Shown here: piece by piece, positions 39,634 to 53,491 of the stretch | Layout: every line of letters begins with the position of its first letter | How positions within the stretch are numbered: position 1 is the stretch's first letter | Source: Lobosporangium transversale | Lineage: Eukaryota | Length of the DNA stretch: 64,000 nt | Direction of reading: 5' to 3' | Assembly (NCBI RefSeq): GCF_002105155.1 | Contig: NW_019028998.1 | Coordinates: 124,001 to 188,000 of the forward strand | Notes under the pieces: generated by a model | What the model was told of the DNA's origin: nothing | What the model saw: only the letters and a program-made list of their open reading frames with translations | Database searches by the model: none | Program-made: the position numbers and the translations under genes

Positions 39634-42408
39634 ATGGATTTTTCATCCTCAACTAATCCATGGAATGCAGCACATTCAAAGGACAATCACTCTTGTCAGT
39701 CTCAGTCCGAGCCCTGTTATTGCCATGATAAAGAACGAGCGCAGGATGATGGCCTCAAGGCATTCTTGCCACCAGGGTTTGATTCACTTGAAGAATATTT
39801 AGCTAGCCTGCAGTCGTTTTTGGCCCGTTGTGAACCGATTACGAATCTTATGATTGTCGATTATTTCACAACCAACTCTTGGGAGACTCGGATGCCTCAA
39901 GAGTGGAGAGATGCCTTCGAATCAGATCAAGGAAGGCTTAGCTCATTGGATCTAATGGAGCTTGTCAGTCTTGGGAAACTGAGAGATTTTAAAGCAGCCC
40001 CTGCGTGTCCAAAGTCAACAAAGTCATCATCATCATCACCCTCACTAGTATTAACGTCTTTATCAAAAGCCACTACGGACTTGTGCTCTGGATCTTCAAA
40101 GAGGGTAGACCAAGAGCCACAGGATTGGCCAGAGTCACTAAAAGAGTTTGTCAGCATGGTTAAAAGGCTCTCAATCAATCGAACTCTTGACCCAGAGTGT
40201 GAGTTCAACGTTTTTTTTTTTTTTTTTTTTTTTTTTGTGAGGATATATCTAAAATTCGTAGCTTTAACTAATCAGTTCTGGTCATATTTTCTTGTCAAGC
40301 AAAGTCACAAAGTTCAAAAACACGCTTGATATTCACTTAATTCCAGGAATGTCACCAAAGAAGCTTCATGAGGTCGAGATTTTGAGTGGCTTGATAGCTT
40401 CATATGCAAAGGATCATGCAATCAGATCAGTTATTGATCTAGGTGCGGGACAGGGTTATCTGAGCAGGGTTTTAGCCTTCCAGCACCAGCTGTGTGTTCT
40501 AGGAGTAGACTCAAATACAATTCAGACATGTGGTGCTCAAACGACACAAAAGCGGACAGAGAAGCTTTTTGTCAACAAGTCAAAATTGAAAAAACTGGGC
40601 GGAAGTAACAGAAAGGGTAGAGAAAAGGTGCCATCTCTCTCTTCGAAACAAAGTCAAAGCAATCAAGTATCTATGCCATCCTTTACAACCGGAGCAATAA
40701 CATCGACAACAACAGCTTTGACGGAGAGCTCATCACCACTTCTATCACCGGTGGTAGAAACATCAGGATTGGCAGTAATGGGTGTTACACCTATTGATAC
40801 GATGACAACTAATTCAGGGCCAGTGTTTGATAAAGCAGCTACGCTTGCGGATGAAACACCCTTATTGATTCCGGCATCATCCTCTATGGCTTCATCTTCG
40901 ACTGTATCAGATTCTGCATTACCAAAACCATGTAAAAAGCTTAAAACTGGAACGAGGTCTAGCAGCAGCCCTGCAAATCCTGCGACAGGAAGTAGTAATG
41001 GTTCATGTAAAAAGACTAACCGGTCCAGGAGATCAAGAGCAAAACGAGAGGAAACACAAAATATTCCTGGTTCAGACACCTCTACCGAGACTGCTGTATC
41101 AACTTCTGGATCAACAGACATTCCGAATATATCAATCTCCACGTGTGATGCCTCATTAAGCTCGCACACAACAAATCATATAGATAAAGAGCAGCTGAAG
41201 CAGGAAGAGGGAAGCAAAACTGCATTTGATTCTGCAAGTGATCCAAACCTTGCAGCCACACCAGGAAGTAACTTTCAACTGCAACATATCACACATCATA
41301 TCACTGCAGCTACATTGCCTACATTACTGAAAGAGCATTTCCCAAAGAAACCAAAGTGTGTGGCAGCTCAAACATGTGAAAACAATGACACCCACCTACA
41401 ATTAGGGCATCGCCAGGACTGTATACCCGATGATGAAGAAGAAGAAGAGGGTCGTTGGACGCTATGTGGGCTCCATGCGTGCGGCGATTTGACTAGCAAT
41501 ATGATTAAGCTTTATCTCGAAAGTTCTGCAACTTGCTTATTCAGTGTTGGATGTTGCTATCATTGGATCACAGAGCGATTTGACAAAGACGGGAATATCG
41601 CCATCTCTGACGGTATAAGGACCATCTTGTTTCTTGTTTGTTGCTTTGTAAGCGGCAAGACATTTATACAATATTGAGCATATTTACACACGTTTAATTG
41701 GTTGATTGATTTTTTTATTCTCTTTTATTTTTATTTTTTTCTAAACTAGGAACTCATGGTTTTCCGTTGAGCACAGCATTCAATCGACATTCGATTCATC
41801 TGGGTGAGCATGCCAAAATGATTGCTTGCCAGTCCCCAGAGCGATGGCTCAAGTATCAAAAAGAGACTGAGGATGCTATTCATGGTCATTATTTCCGTGC
41901 ACTTCTTCACGTAGGTTTTTTTATGTGTTCACTGACTGTATTCAGTGTCAACCAAAAATTTCAGCATTACTAATTATGTCTTTGTTGTCTTTTTCAAAAT
42001 AAGAAACTCATGGTAGAAAGAGGGCTGTATCCAGGACCTCCAGCTGTTGCGCCTGTATTAGGGAGAATGGGGAAACATCGATTGAAAGGGTTTCCTCATT
42101 ACCTTTCCACTGCGATTAATCGTTTGCATTTACCGACTGATGTTATTAAACCTGAGGAGGCGCAGGCTGCATACGAAGAGTTTTTGGAACAAGATTTATA
42201 CAGGATTGGGATTCTGTGGGCTCTCAGAACAATGCTAGGTCCCCTATTTGAAGGGATGATATTGCTTGATAGAGCAACATATTTGTATGAGAATATTGTT
42301 GAAAGAAATGACAAGAATGCTGTCAAGAAAGGATCCGTACAATTAATAGCAGGATTTGATGTTGTAGAGAGTCCACGGAATATGATATTGATTGCACTTA
42401 AAGACTAA
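39634..42408 (+). CDS. METTL25/RRNAD1-like class I SAM-dependent methyltransferase
   Basis: GMSPKKLHEVEIL, VIDLGAGQGYLSRVLA, LCGLHACGDLT, SVGCCYHWITE, GFPLS, LGPLFEGMILLDR and SPRNMIL motifs over 4 exons. Long S/T-rich insertion. Confidence 0.88.
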
Positions 42409-42558
42409 TGTTATTTTGCAGATTAAAATATTAATAATATTGATAACAATAGTAACAATAGTATTTGATAAATTGTAGAGGATAGTTGGGCATATTGATG
42501 TGCTTAAATGAAGCTATGTATACAAATGAGTAAGAGGAAAGGAGTGATTCTCTATATT

Positions 42559-45420
42559 TTACACGGAGCAACTCGAAGCTCCTGCATCCTTGGGTTCCAT
42601 GAAATGTTGTAAAGAAAAAAACGTGCTAAGGATCATGACTGCAATCCCAAAGCCCACACACATCAGGTGCGGAAGCTTTTTAGTTGACCATAAAGGCCCT
42701 GATACAAGCTTCAAATAGCACATTGGTGGCAAGATAAATGCTAGAGCCGTGGCCGAGAACCCGCCAGTTACCTCGAGTACAAATCCGAGGTTACATGTCA
42801 GAAGTGCGATGAATAATGCTACTCCTACAAGCCCTGTTGTAATAATAAAATGACGCTTGATAGAGAAGGGTAACCCTGGGAAGTAGTAAGTCTCAATAAC
42901 CTACGTATAAAAAAAAAATTAGTACATTTTAGTGCAATTAGGACATTTTAAATTCATGAGCCCAAATAATATTACGATTAATATGTTATAGAACCATACC
43001 TCGCGACAGACAAAAGCTTCGAGTGGAAGGGTTGTGAACATGTTCACACCAAAGCAGAAACGCGCGATGTTAATGATAAAGTTGTCCGATGCAAAATTGT
43101 TCAAGATGTTTCCTACATTATTGAGTTATTCAGCTTAATTAACTGTTAACGTAATCCAGTTTTTTTTTACACTACAAAAGCATTTAATCACTGACCTTGC
43201 GTCATATCGGAGAAACTGAGATATCCTGAAAGTGCCAAGATCAAACAGGCCAGAAGCGAGACCACCATACTCATATGTGTAACTAGCTTTACACGGTTTA
43301 TCTATATTGAACAAGAGAACAAAAAGTCAACTTCAAATCTACTCTTGATTTAGTCATTCGAGGAAAATTTCCTACAAGTGTTAAATCTTACTGTCGGCTT
43401 TTGCAGAGAGGAGAAGATTAAGAATGAATTGTGATGGCATACGAACGCTATTCAGGGACCGGTGTTTTGAAAAAAAAAAAAAAAAAAAAAAAAAAAGATT
43501 AATGGTACGCACAATAATGATGGTTGAACAGAGCTATCTAATAACTCGATTGATAATTTGGTGAGCAGGGAATTCATACCAAAACTAATGACGCCAATGG
43601 ACTGGAAAACTTTTGGTCTAGCAAACGACCAGACCGCATCTGGGTCACCTTTCATTTCTATAGGTGCCCTAGGCCCTTCAATCATGACTGCAATAATGAT
43701 GATCACAAGCGCCAACATAGCAACGGCGCTCGTTTTGGCTAACTTGGAAATATCTCGATAGAGCGAGAGTGGGTATGAAATCATGACCGTGCAAAATGTA
43801 ATGACAAATGAACGTCTGGCTATAAAACCCAGCAAAGGCCAATCCTCGATCCCAGGAATTAGTGCCTGGAGTACGTGTGGTAGGGTATCACCCACGATGA
43901 CGGTGTAGGCACACATAGCTGTTTAGATTGAGGATAGGATGCCATGCAAGTTAGGCGCGAGGATAATAATAGGAATATAAATATATAGATTGGTCAGGAA
44001 CAGTTTTGGAAAGCATGGTTCGAATTGCTTAAAAACTTTTGATGCAATAATAAGTTTTTGTGTTTATAACACACCTCCAAAGGCAAAAATAAATTGAAAG
44101 AGTGAAATGCTGATCAAGCCAGCCTTGCCAAAACAGAACATTAGAAGATCCTGGTACGTGCTTCTTCCAGAAAGCTTCGCACTATGAACTAACAGGCCAA
44201 CGGTCCAATCTGCAAATAACAAAAAAAAATTAGTTCGAAGTAGAACAGGTCGTATAGCGTCACAACGTTATTTGTTGCTGGCAAGGCGAACCCATACCGA
44301 CGATCCATGTTATAAGGCATAGTAAAAGGACTCCCATCCCAAGCCTACCAACCAGAAAAGAAAAATTTCAGTTGAGGATAGTCATTAACTAAAACTCCGA
44401 TGTTGCTATGCTTTTTAGTTCGTTAATTGCAACTTTGGTCATCCTACCCAGCTTCTTGAAACGCAAAGGGAAGACCTAAGAACAAGAACAGATAGATAAT
44501 AACCATTGTAAAATTGACTTAGTGAAATCTGTGAATGCTAAATCCTATATTTGATTGTGTACATCTCAAGTTCGCAGGATCGTTTACCAATGATGCCTAA
44601 AATGTTGGATTCGAAAGGAACAAAGAAAGGGTAAGTTATCAAATTATGAAAAGAACAATTCCTGGGGAAAAAAATAAACCTTAAAAAATGCATTATCCAA
44701 CGCCCAAGCATTAATTTTTTTCTTACCTGCTCCGATAATGCTGTTGGCCATGTTTAAAAAACTGCTCAGGAGATTGCCTCCATGATCTGGAAGTTTAGCC
44801 TCTGGATCAATGTCATGTCCATGGTCTGGTCGATTTCCAATACCACTGCGGTTAGTTCTGTTTCCTGTCATCATTCCAATAGCTTCTTCTTCCTGATCAA
44901 AATCTAGATCTCCATCATCATCATCATCTGTTGTCTCGTGTGAGTGGCCAGAAACAAAAGAGTCGTTCGATATCCTTCCATACTCTCCATGCCGCTTTGG
45001 CTGTGTTGGCCTAGCTTTGGTTTTCGTCTTCAACTTGGCTTTGTACGAGACCAATGGTACTTTGGTGGAGGCGTCATGGTAATTTCGTGGTTCAAGTTCA
45101 AAGTTAAGGTCTACATCACTGTCATCATCATCATTTCCTCCTCCACTTCCGGTAACTCCTAAGGCATTTCGGTTTTGTTCCCTCTTTTTTTGATGAGACT
45201 GAAGATCTGTCGTCTCGTTGCTACTTCCGTCACTGCTCTGATTGATATTGTATTGATGACAACCGTTGACTGCTTCAGCGTTTGAGCTATCAGTTCCCGA
45301 GGATTGTGAAGAGGAAGCAAGGGGGTGTTGAGAACCATTAAAGTTACTCAAGCCGCTCCTGTCGTTGCTTTCCAAAGCTGGAGAATGAGAGGTAATTGTG
45401 GATTGTTCATCACGATTCAT
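42559..45420 (-). CDS. Aa_trans (SLC38A11/AVT2-like) amino-acid transporter
   Basis: Spliced MANSIIGAGIIGLPFAFQEAG, FAFGG(A)MCAYTVIVGDT, SYPLSLYRDISKL, FVCHHNSFLIF, NNFASDN and TTLPLEAFVCREV. About 10 exons including a 9-nt microexon. Confidence 0.9.
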
Positions 45421-46004
45421 GTCTTGGATCGCTTTTATTATAACTATTACTGTTGTTTGTCTTTCTTTTTCTTTTCCCTCTCCTGTAAGTTGCAAGGCTT
45501 TATTAGGCGGTATAGAATAGTCTGGACTGGGTGCAGCAGGGCGTAGCTGCAAAAGGGAATGTGAATGGGCGAGAAAATGGATGAATAATATGATTGACGT
45601 GATAATCAAGAAGAAAGAAGAAGCAAGAAACAGGACGAAAGCCAAAAAAGAAAAAAGAAAGGCATCTCAACCCTTTGCTTAATTCCTGCTATTCGTTTTC
45701 CTTCCTTTCCAAACCTCTAAACAAACACAGGCACGAGCACACTTACACACACAAGGTTTGCAACGGGATCTTTAGCGCGCATCTATTAGTCTATCAGTTT
45801 ATCACCCGTCATTCAAAGCATCTATAAACGAGCCTTACTCCACGGTCTATGACTTTGTCAGTCTGTTTATTTAAAAAAAAGAGGGTCATTCATAAATACC
45901 AGAGGATGCTGCCTGTCTCCTTAATCAGAGTTGGGTAGTGTGAGTGCGTTTCTGTGCAATTGCTATTATACAAAGTCCACTCTGTTGGCTGCATAGCCTC
46001 CTCT

Positions 46005-47862
46005 TTATGCTTTGCCTGATGAGGGCTGCGATGTCTCTGTGCTGTTATCTGTCTCAGCAGCTAGAGCAGCCAGAGCTGCAGGATCAGGACCACCCTAAGG
46101 ATTATATCATATCGCAGTGCAGAAAATAGAATAAAATAAGAGTCGTTTCTTTTTCTTAAAAGCAAAATAGACGAGATCAAGAGCCTTCTTGTTTCTTACT
46201 TTGGTCATAATGTCCCACACAGAGATCTTCATTGATTTGAGCTTACTCTCAAGCTCCTTCTGTTTCTTCAAGTTCTGAGCTGCTTCCTCCTCAACAACCT
46301 TATGTGTACGCTTAAAGTGCTCCTGGAACTGTTGACGCTGCTGCTCAAACAATGGCACAGGCGGTTGTTCCTGTTGTTGGCTTCCCAAGCGGAAGATACC
46401 GAGCCCCTTTCCCTTCTTATTCTTTTGCTCTTCTTCCCACTGCAAGCGCATCTGTTCTTTCAATTCCTCTTCCCATTTAGCAAATTCTACAGGAATGTTT
46501 TTGCCACGGAACTTAGCCAACGGACCGCGAACGTCCTCAACCTCGGTCAACGCAATTGCTAATCAGATCAAAAGAGTATATATGTATATAATGGTTACTT
46601 CTGCATGTCTTCAACACTACTTTTTTTTTTCTCCTCTTTTTCAAGAATCTGATTGGGATGACGACGTACTCTCAAGGAATGGAATCATGGCAACCAACTC
46701 AGTATCATTTGGATCACCAGTCCATGGTTTCATGGCAATTGAGTTTTCTGGCTGAAGCGAATAAGCATCGGGATTTGAGTCCATAATAATGACTTTGGAC
46801 AAATCACGGTTCAAATGGGATAGGTCCTTGACATATTTGCCATCAATATAGCGTGTACTCTCCCTGAACAGACGATAGACTGCATATTGGTAAGGATCCA
46901 GTTTATCCAAAATGCGAAGCGCGGTCTGAAGGGCAGCCAAAAAAAAGTTATAATCGTTAACATTCCTAAGACCGCTAACGAGTTTTCCAAATAAATATTG
47001 CACATTGATCTGCTAAAAATAAATAACGAACAAAACTTACATCAGCTGTCTGCGTAGTAAAGATAACAATTTCGTAATGCTGGAAAAGGTAGGCTAGGAA
47101 GTATTCTGCTCCTGGACGCTTAGCAACTCTCCAGCCATGATCCTTGTCCCAGGTCGAGTGAATCAATGTATTATCGAGATTAATCACGAGAGTATAACGC
47201 TGTTGGTAAGGCTCTGGTAAAGGATCGGGCAAGAGCTTATCCCAGATCGGATTGGCCATCTTTTCTGTAGCAGCCTTGTACCGCTCCTGTGCTCGACGAA
47301 CATATCCAGCTAAGAACGACTCATCCGGATGTTTCTCTGCATCTTTGACCCCCTCCTCATCCGGATAGGGGCAACCTTAAAAATATATGAATGGATATAT
47401 ACATGTCATCAGTAATGAAGGAAGAAGAAAAAAAAAAAAAAGAGCTATTAAGAGCATACTGATCTGGAACAAAAGTGATCAATCAAATGATTTGATTAGG
47501 ATTCTTCAAAATACGTTACCAACATTGTAAGCAAGTCCGACAGCCGAGATTCCTAAGAGTGCATAAAGTGCATAAACAGCAGGACTCGTCGGGGTCTTTT
47601 CAATCTTAGAAGGCTTGTTTTTGCCCTTGGGGACAGTAGGTTGCGTGGGACCATGTCCTGTCTTTTGGGCAAGAGCCTCGGCAGCAAGGTTCCTGACGGC
47701 ATTGCTGGTGCTGCTATTAGAGGAGTTGTTGGTCCCAATAGTGTTTCCTACTTCGTTGACAGGTGTAGCATAAGTGCGTCGTGCGGCCCACACGGGTGAG
47801 AGGCGTGCGTTTGCTGTGGGTCGCAAAGACCTTGAAAGAGTATTACGTGCAATAGACGCCAT
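46005..47862 (-). CDS. TIM50: Mitochondrial import inner membrane translocase subunit Tim50
   Basis: Arg-rich presequence, TM helix, FCP1-like domain [29 protein letters not shown]...[33 protein letters not shown]. Last exon ends ...SSGKA* at 46005. Confidence 0.93.
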
Positions 47863-48108
47863 GTTTCCCTTTCTTTCTCTTCTGTGTGAATAGAAATTGT
47901 GAGAAGAATGCGATGGAGAAAAAATGTCTTCTTTCGGCGGTTAGAAGGGTAAGTGTAATGAAGCTTCTAAAGGGGGCTTAGAGTGTGCTTGAAGCAGTCA
48001 CCGTAAATACACAAATCACTTTTTTTTTTTTAGTCCAAGCTCCAGCGTCACAGAAATGTCCTTCTTTGTCAACAACTTTCCCCTTTCCGCTTCCTCATTT
48101 ATATACCA

Positions 48109-51100
48109 ATGGTCAAGCTAGCGAGGACCGTCACTTCCAAAGTGGGTGCTAAGACTGGCCCTAAGACTAGCTCGAAAGCTGCTGTCAAGGGCGGAACCAA
48201 AAGCTCCGCAGGAAAAAAAAATGGTTCGCCTCACTACCGCAAGGGCAAGAAAGCTGTTAAAGACGATGAAGAGGAAGAAGCTTCTGAAATCGAAGAGGTT
48301 GCTATGAGCGATTCAGATGTAGACATGGAAGATTCCTTGGTTCCTCGGAAGAAGCCAATGGCTAATCTGGATTTAGACGATTTGATGGGCGTAGATCTAG
48401 AAGAAGAGGAGGAATTTATCGCCAATGCCAATATGGTAAGAAGCAGTTTGTGTACTTATTATTGTCCAGGTTTTTAGCATCGTTGGATGACATGCAAATG
48501 AGATTCTTATTTATTTAATGCTTTTACGATTGCTTAATCTTGGTGACGGATTGATAGGCTGCCAACAAAAAACATAAAAAATCTGGAGGGTTTCAGTCAA
48601 TGGGTACGATAGCCGGAGCAGCAAAAGCGAATGGATCTTGGGGAGGTTGTCTACTTGGCTATTGCTAACTATTATACTTTTCATGCATATTATAAAATCT
48701 CTTAGGTCTAAGTTTTCCTATTTATAAGGCCATCCTCCACAAGGGATTTAAAGTACCTACTCCAATTCAGCGTAAATGCATTCCTTTGATCATGGAGGGA
48801 GGCGATGTGGTTGGCATGGCTCGCACGGGATCAGGAAAGACTGCTGCATTTTTAATCCCAATGCTTGAGAAACTCAAATCGCATTCAGCTAAAGTTGGAG
48901 CTCGTGCTGTAATTATGTCACCCTCCCGAGAATTAGCAATGCAGACTCAAAAGGTTTGCAAGGAGCTTGGAAAGCACACTGATCTCAGAAGCTGTATTTT
49001 AGTCGGAGGAGACAGTTTGGAGGACCAATTCGCAATGTTGGCTGCTAATCCTGACATGTAAATTATGAGAAATATTCTATATGGATGCTATTGAGTAAGG
49101 GAGACACAATGGGAATAGATCTAAATTGACATATATTATTTATATCTTCTAGTCTCATTGCTACACCGGGTCGTCTTCTCCATTTAATTGTCGAGATGGA
49201 TTTAGATCTGAAGAGTGTTCAGTATATAGTCTTTGATGAGGCTGATCGGTAAGATTCTGATCTAAGAGACTTGTAAGACAAATCATGGTGATGTCCATTT
49301 ATATTATTTAACAAATGATTGCTGGTTCTGGCTTTTCCGCTCCCAATTAGCCTTTTCGAGATGGGGTTTGAAGTCCAGTTACACGAGATTTTGCACCGCT
49401 TGCAGCCCAATCGCCAAACACTTTTGTTTTCCGCGACATTACCCAAACTCCTGGTTGATTTTGCCAAGGCTGGTCTTCAGGAGCCTACGCTGGTCCGTCT
49501 CGATGTTGATACCAAGATCAGCAAGGATCTAGAAATGGCTTTCTTCAGCGTCAAACAGCAAGATAAAGAAGCGGCGCTACTGACGGTGCTTCGCAATATT
49601 ATCAAATTACCATTGACTACTGGAGTTAAGTTTGAAAAAACTGAAGAAAACTCTAAGAAGCGCAAGGTTTCAAAAGATGAAGTGAGCGCAGCAACAGAGC
49701 ACCAAACCATCGTCTTTGTGTCGACAAAGCACCATGTCGAATACATCTCCAATATCTTGAAGCAAGCAGGCTACCAAGTGTCGTTTATTTATGGATCTCT
49801 TGACCAGGCAGCCCGTAAAATTCAAATTGATCGCTTTAGAAAGGGATATACCAATCTATTGGTCGTGACTGATGTCGCTGCCCGCGGTATTGATATTCCC
49901 GTTCTCGAAAATGTCATCAACTATGACTTTGTGGACAATTCCAAGGTCTTTATTCATCGTGTGGGACGTACGGCCAGAGCTGGAAAAAAAGGTTGGGCAT
50001 ATTCACTTATCACGCCCGAAGAACTACCGTATCTTATCGATCTACAGTTGTTCTTGGCTCGCAAGATGATAGTAGGCTGTTCGAGCGAGCAAGGCCCAGA
50101 TTATACCTCGGACATTGTCATTGGAGCACTTCCAAATAGCCTGCTTGAGATTGACAGTGAGTGGGTCAAGAACAATGTCCTCGATGATACCAACTTGCAG
50201 GCATTGAGGGGTGTCTCTGTAAATGGTTATAAATTATATTGCAAGTCGCGACCTGCGGCAGCAGTTGAGAGTTATAAGCGTGCCAAGGAGATTGTGGCAA
50301 TGGATGAATATGCAGAGCTCAATCCATTGTTCGGTAAGCTAAAGCACATTTCTATATAATTAATAACTTATCTGAACTTGCAATTGTTGGTTACTAATCT
50401 TTTTTCCCCTTCTGATTTGTTATTTAACATGATTCGAAATAGCCGACTTAGTAGATGATGAGGAAAAGAAACGTGTCGACCTTATAGCTTCAATATCCAA
50501 TTTCAGGCCTACTGAAACAATTTTCGAGGTTGGTCAGCGTGGTATCAAGGGAGCCACTCAAGCATCGACTGTGATGAAGACTCGTCGTGAGGTTGTTGAT
50601 AAGGTCATCTCTATGGCTCGACAAAAAAAGGCTGGATTGACTGTGAATCTCTTCCCTAGTGAGGAAGGCGAGAAGGGTAACGGAGAGGCCAGGACCGCTC
50701 TTGGACCAGAGGCTACAGAGGCTGAATTAGAAGATGCCTTCAAGCGCACACTGGGATTATCTAAGAAGCGCACTATCAATGGCACTATCAAAGAAAAGCC
50801 CACGAGCTTTAAAGACGAGGCGTACTACATGTCTCACACACAACTGGATAATAACACTGAGCGTGGCTACTCTATGGTCAATACTAAAAACTCATTCCTA
50901 GAACAAGCTGCAAATGCCACTATGAATTTGAACGGAGATGATCGCGATACTATGAGCAGAACTAAGAACACGATAAAATGGGATGCTAGGAAGAAGAAGT
51001 TTGTCAAGGGACTTGGTATTGGGGCTGATAACAAGAAGCTTATCACCACAGAATCAGGCAACAAGATCTCTGCCTCATTCAAGTCAGGACGTTTCTCAGA

Positions 51101-51560
51101 ATGGCAGCAAAAGACTAAGACCAGTCTGCCTCGCACGGGTGAGATGGAGTTGCCATCATCAAAGGCTGCATTGGCTGCGAAGAGATTCCGCCACACACGC
51201 CAAGATGAGGCCAAACCCTTAGATCCTTTGGCATACGATTATGAGCGTAAGCTCAAGAGAGCCAAGTTTGAGGAAAAAGAGGCTGGAGCTGGATCTTCCA
51301 AAAATGGTCGTGGTGGTAGTCGTGGCGGCCGTGGTGGATCTATGCCTCGTTCAGAATTAAAGAGTGCCACAACAATTGCTAAGGAAAGATTGGCTAAAGA
51401 GAAGCGAAGAGAGAAAACGGGACGCCACGCTGGCTCCAAGGTTATCCGAAATAGCCGCGGTGGCGGAGGCGGCTCTTCAAGAGGTGGTCGCGGCTCTTCG
51501 AGAGGAGGTGGTCGTGGTACTTCAAGAGGTGGTCGCGGTGGTCGCGGGGGAAGGCGTTAG
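48109..51560 (+). CDS. DBP10: ATP-dependent DEAD-box RNA helicase Dbp10/DDX54
   Basis: [46 protein letters not shown] and [10 protein letters not shown] motifs. DBP10CT region WDARKKKFV...[19 protein letters not shown] tail. Confidence 0.96.
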
Positions 51561-51718
51561 CATAGGAACGCCAGTTTGTCCCTTGTTTTTACTTACATCC
51601 TCAATATATAATAATAATAATAAAAATCACGGATATCACCATTCAAAGTTTAAGAAAATATAGCAAAGCTCATTGTGTTCTTTATTGTTGGCCTAGCTGC
51701 TTTGGTAAAACGAGATAT

Positions 51719-53091
51719 TTATGCTTTCTCCTCCTTGTCCTCCTTCTTCTCCTCCTTTTCCTCAGTAGTAGCTTCTTCCTTCTTTTCGTCAGTAGTGGCC
51801 TCCTCCTTCTTTTCAGTAGTGGCCTCCTCCTCAGCGGTAGAGCCCTTGGCCTTCAGCTCAGCATTGTTCTTCTGAGCCTTCTCGAACTCCTCCTTAAAAA
51901 GAGCAGCGTTCTCAGGATTGGCAAGACGAATAGCTAAGGTCTGGGGACCAGCGCAATCATCCGATGCGTCAGAAGTGACATTCCAAACCCAGGATCGATC
52001 AGATCCGACATTGGGAGTCAAAGTCATATCGGAGGTAACTTGATAATAGTAATAACAAATATGGAAAATATACATTGAGTGCTGCTATCCATTTTCTTAA
52101 ATACATCAATTAAAATAAAATGATCATGAGAAGTCATACCATAGTGGTTGGCGCAGATCTTCAAAGTCTGATCACGACGCATCAAGAGACGGATCTTCTT
52201 GGTCTCCTTGTGTTGCAAGAAACGAACATCACCAGTACCGCGCTCCTTCCACTCATTAGACTCCTTGACGAATCGGAAGAGCTTGGCGCGCCTATTCGAT
52301 AAACATAAATTTTATTTTTTTTCTTCAGAAAAAAAACCCCCTTTCCAGGTAGCAATCGCTGGGTTTGTAGTTTCGTTTCTCTGTTTTCCCGTTTGGAACA
52401 AACTTACATCTTGAAAAGGACATCCTCATCCTCTTCGTGAGTTTTAACCTGAACAGCTTCAAGCTTAACAACAGGCTCGAAATGAACTTCGGCCTCCTCC
52501 TCCTAAATGATGAAAAGGTTTTCATGAGTGTTTATAAGATAAAAGTAATAAAAAAGAAATTGTATTCCGAAAAGACCATGGCAGTATGACACTGCATATT
52601 GGGAAAGAAAAATATAAGAATAAAAAAAATAAAAAATCTCCGCGTCGCATAGTTGCAAAGGTCTACTCTTACAACGAGATGGAGACTCTTTTCATATCCA
52701 TAATTGAAGAGCTCATGATGTCGCTGTATTTCTCGTTATTTTTGAGTTTGTCCTGTCCAACTGACACATTACTCAATCACTCGAAGTGCAACAGGTCAAA
52801 AAGTTTTTTTTTTTTTGCATCCATTTAATCCACCCCACGTGTCCTCCCCTGCCTGGCTGCTGCATGACCGTGCCCATGGTGGCGTAGCGAGTCGATTGCG
52901 TAATGTGCAAAGTTTAGGATTGATAACTCCAAACATAAACATTCGGCGCAAAAGCAGGCATTTCGGCAGAGTATATGCATCTGAAAGAAGAGCATAAAAT
53001 GGTAGATTTATAATAAAAAAAAAAAAAACAAGAATGAGGAGAGAGAGAACAAATGAATTACCACAGTAACGTTCTCGTGATTGTCAGACAT
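51719..53091 (-). CDS. YRB1: Ran-binding protein 1 (RanBP1)
   Basis: Exons approx. 53091-53062, 52502-52409, 52291-52140 and 52039-51719. They give [66 protein letters not shown] and [11 protein letters not shown]. Confidence 0.95.
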
Positions 53092-53491
53092 GCTAATATG
53101 AAAAGAAAAAGAAATGAATGGTCTAGATGAATGTGATTAAAGAAGAAAGAAAGGAAATATGCCTTTACTTTCTATTTCTTATTGTTTTTTTTTGTCTAAA
53201 AGAATAAAAAAGAAAAACGAATAAAGCGCAGAGTTTACTTAAATGCAGTGCGCGCGATCAAAAAAAATTGATGACGACATTCTGCAAGAGGTCAGCTGAT
53301 CTATTGCTTTTGAACACCAATTTTTGTTGTGACCTCCTAGACTGATTTTGTCCTAGTTTGCGAACAATTTCCTCTGCTCCTATGCGGAAGTCGCATCAAC
53401 CCCCTTAGATCTGAGACTAGAGGAAATAAATGTTTGCTTTTGAACTTACATATCACATGACAATAAATTATTTTTTGAGCATATTTCGTTA

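Noticed and set aside
52714..52764. C/D-box snoRNA (ATGATG...CTGA) on the plus strand
   Set aside because: It is antisense to the host YRB1 intron, the C box is imperfect, and I recognise no rRNA guide.
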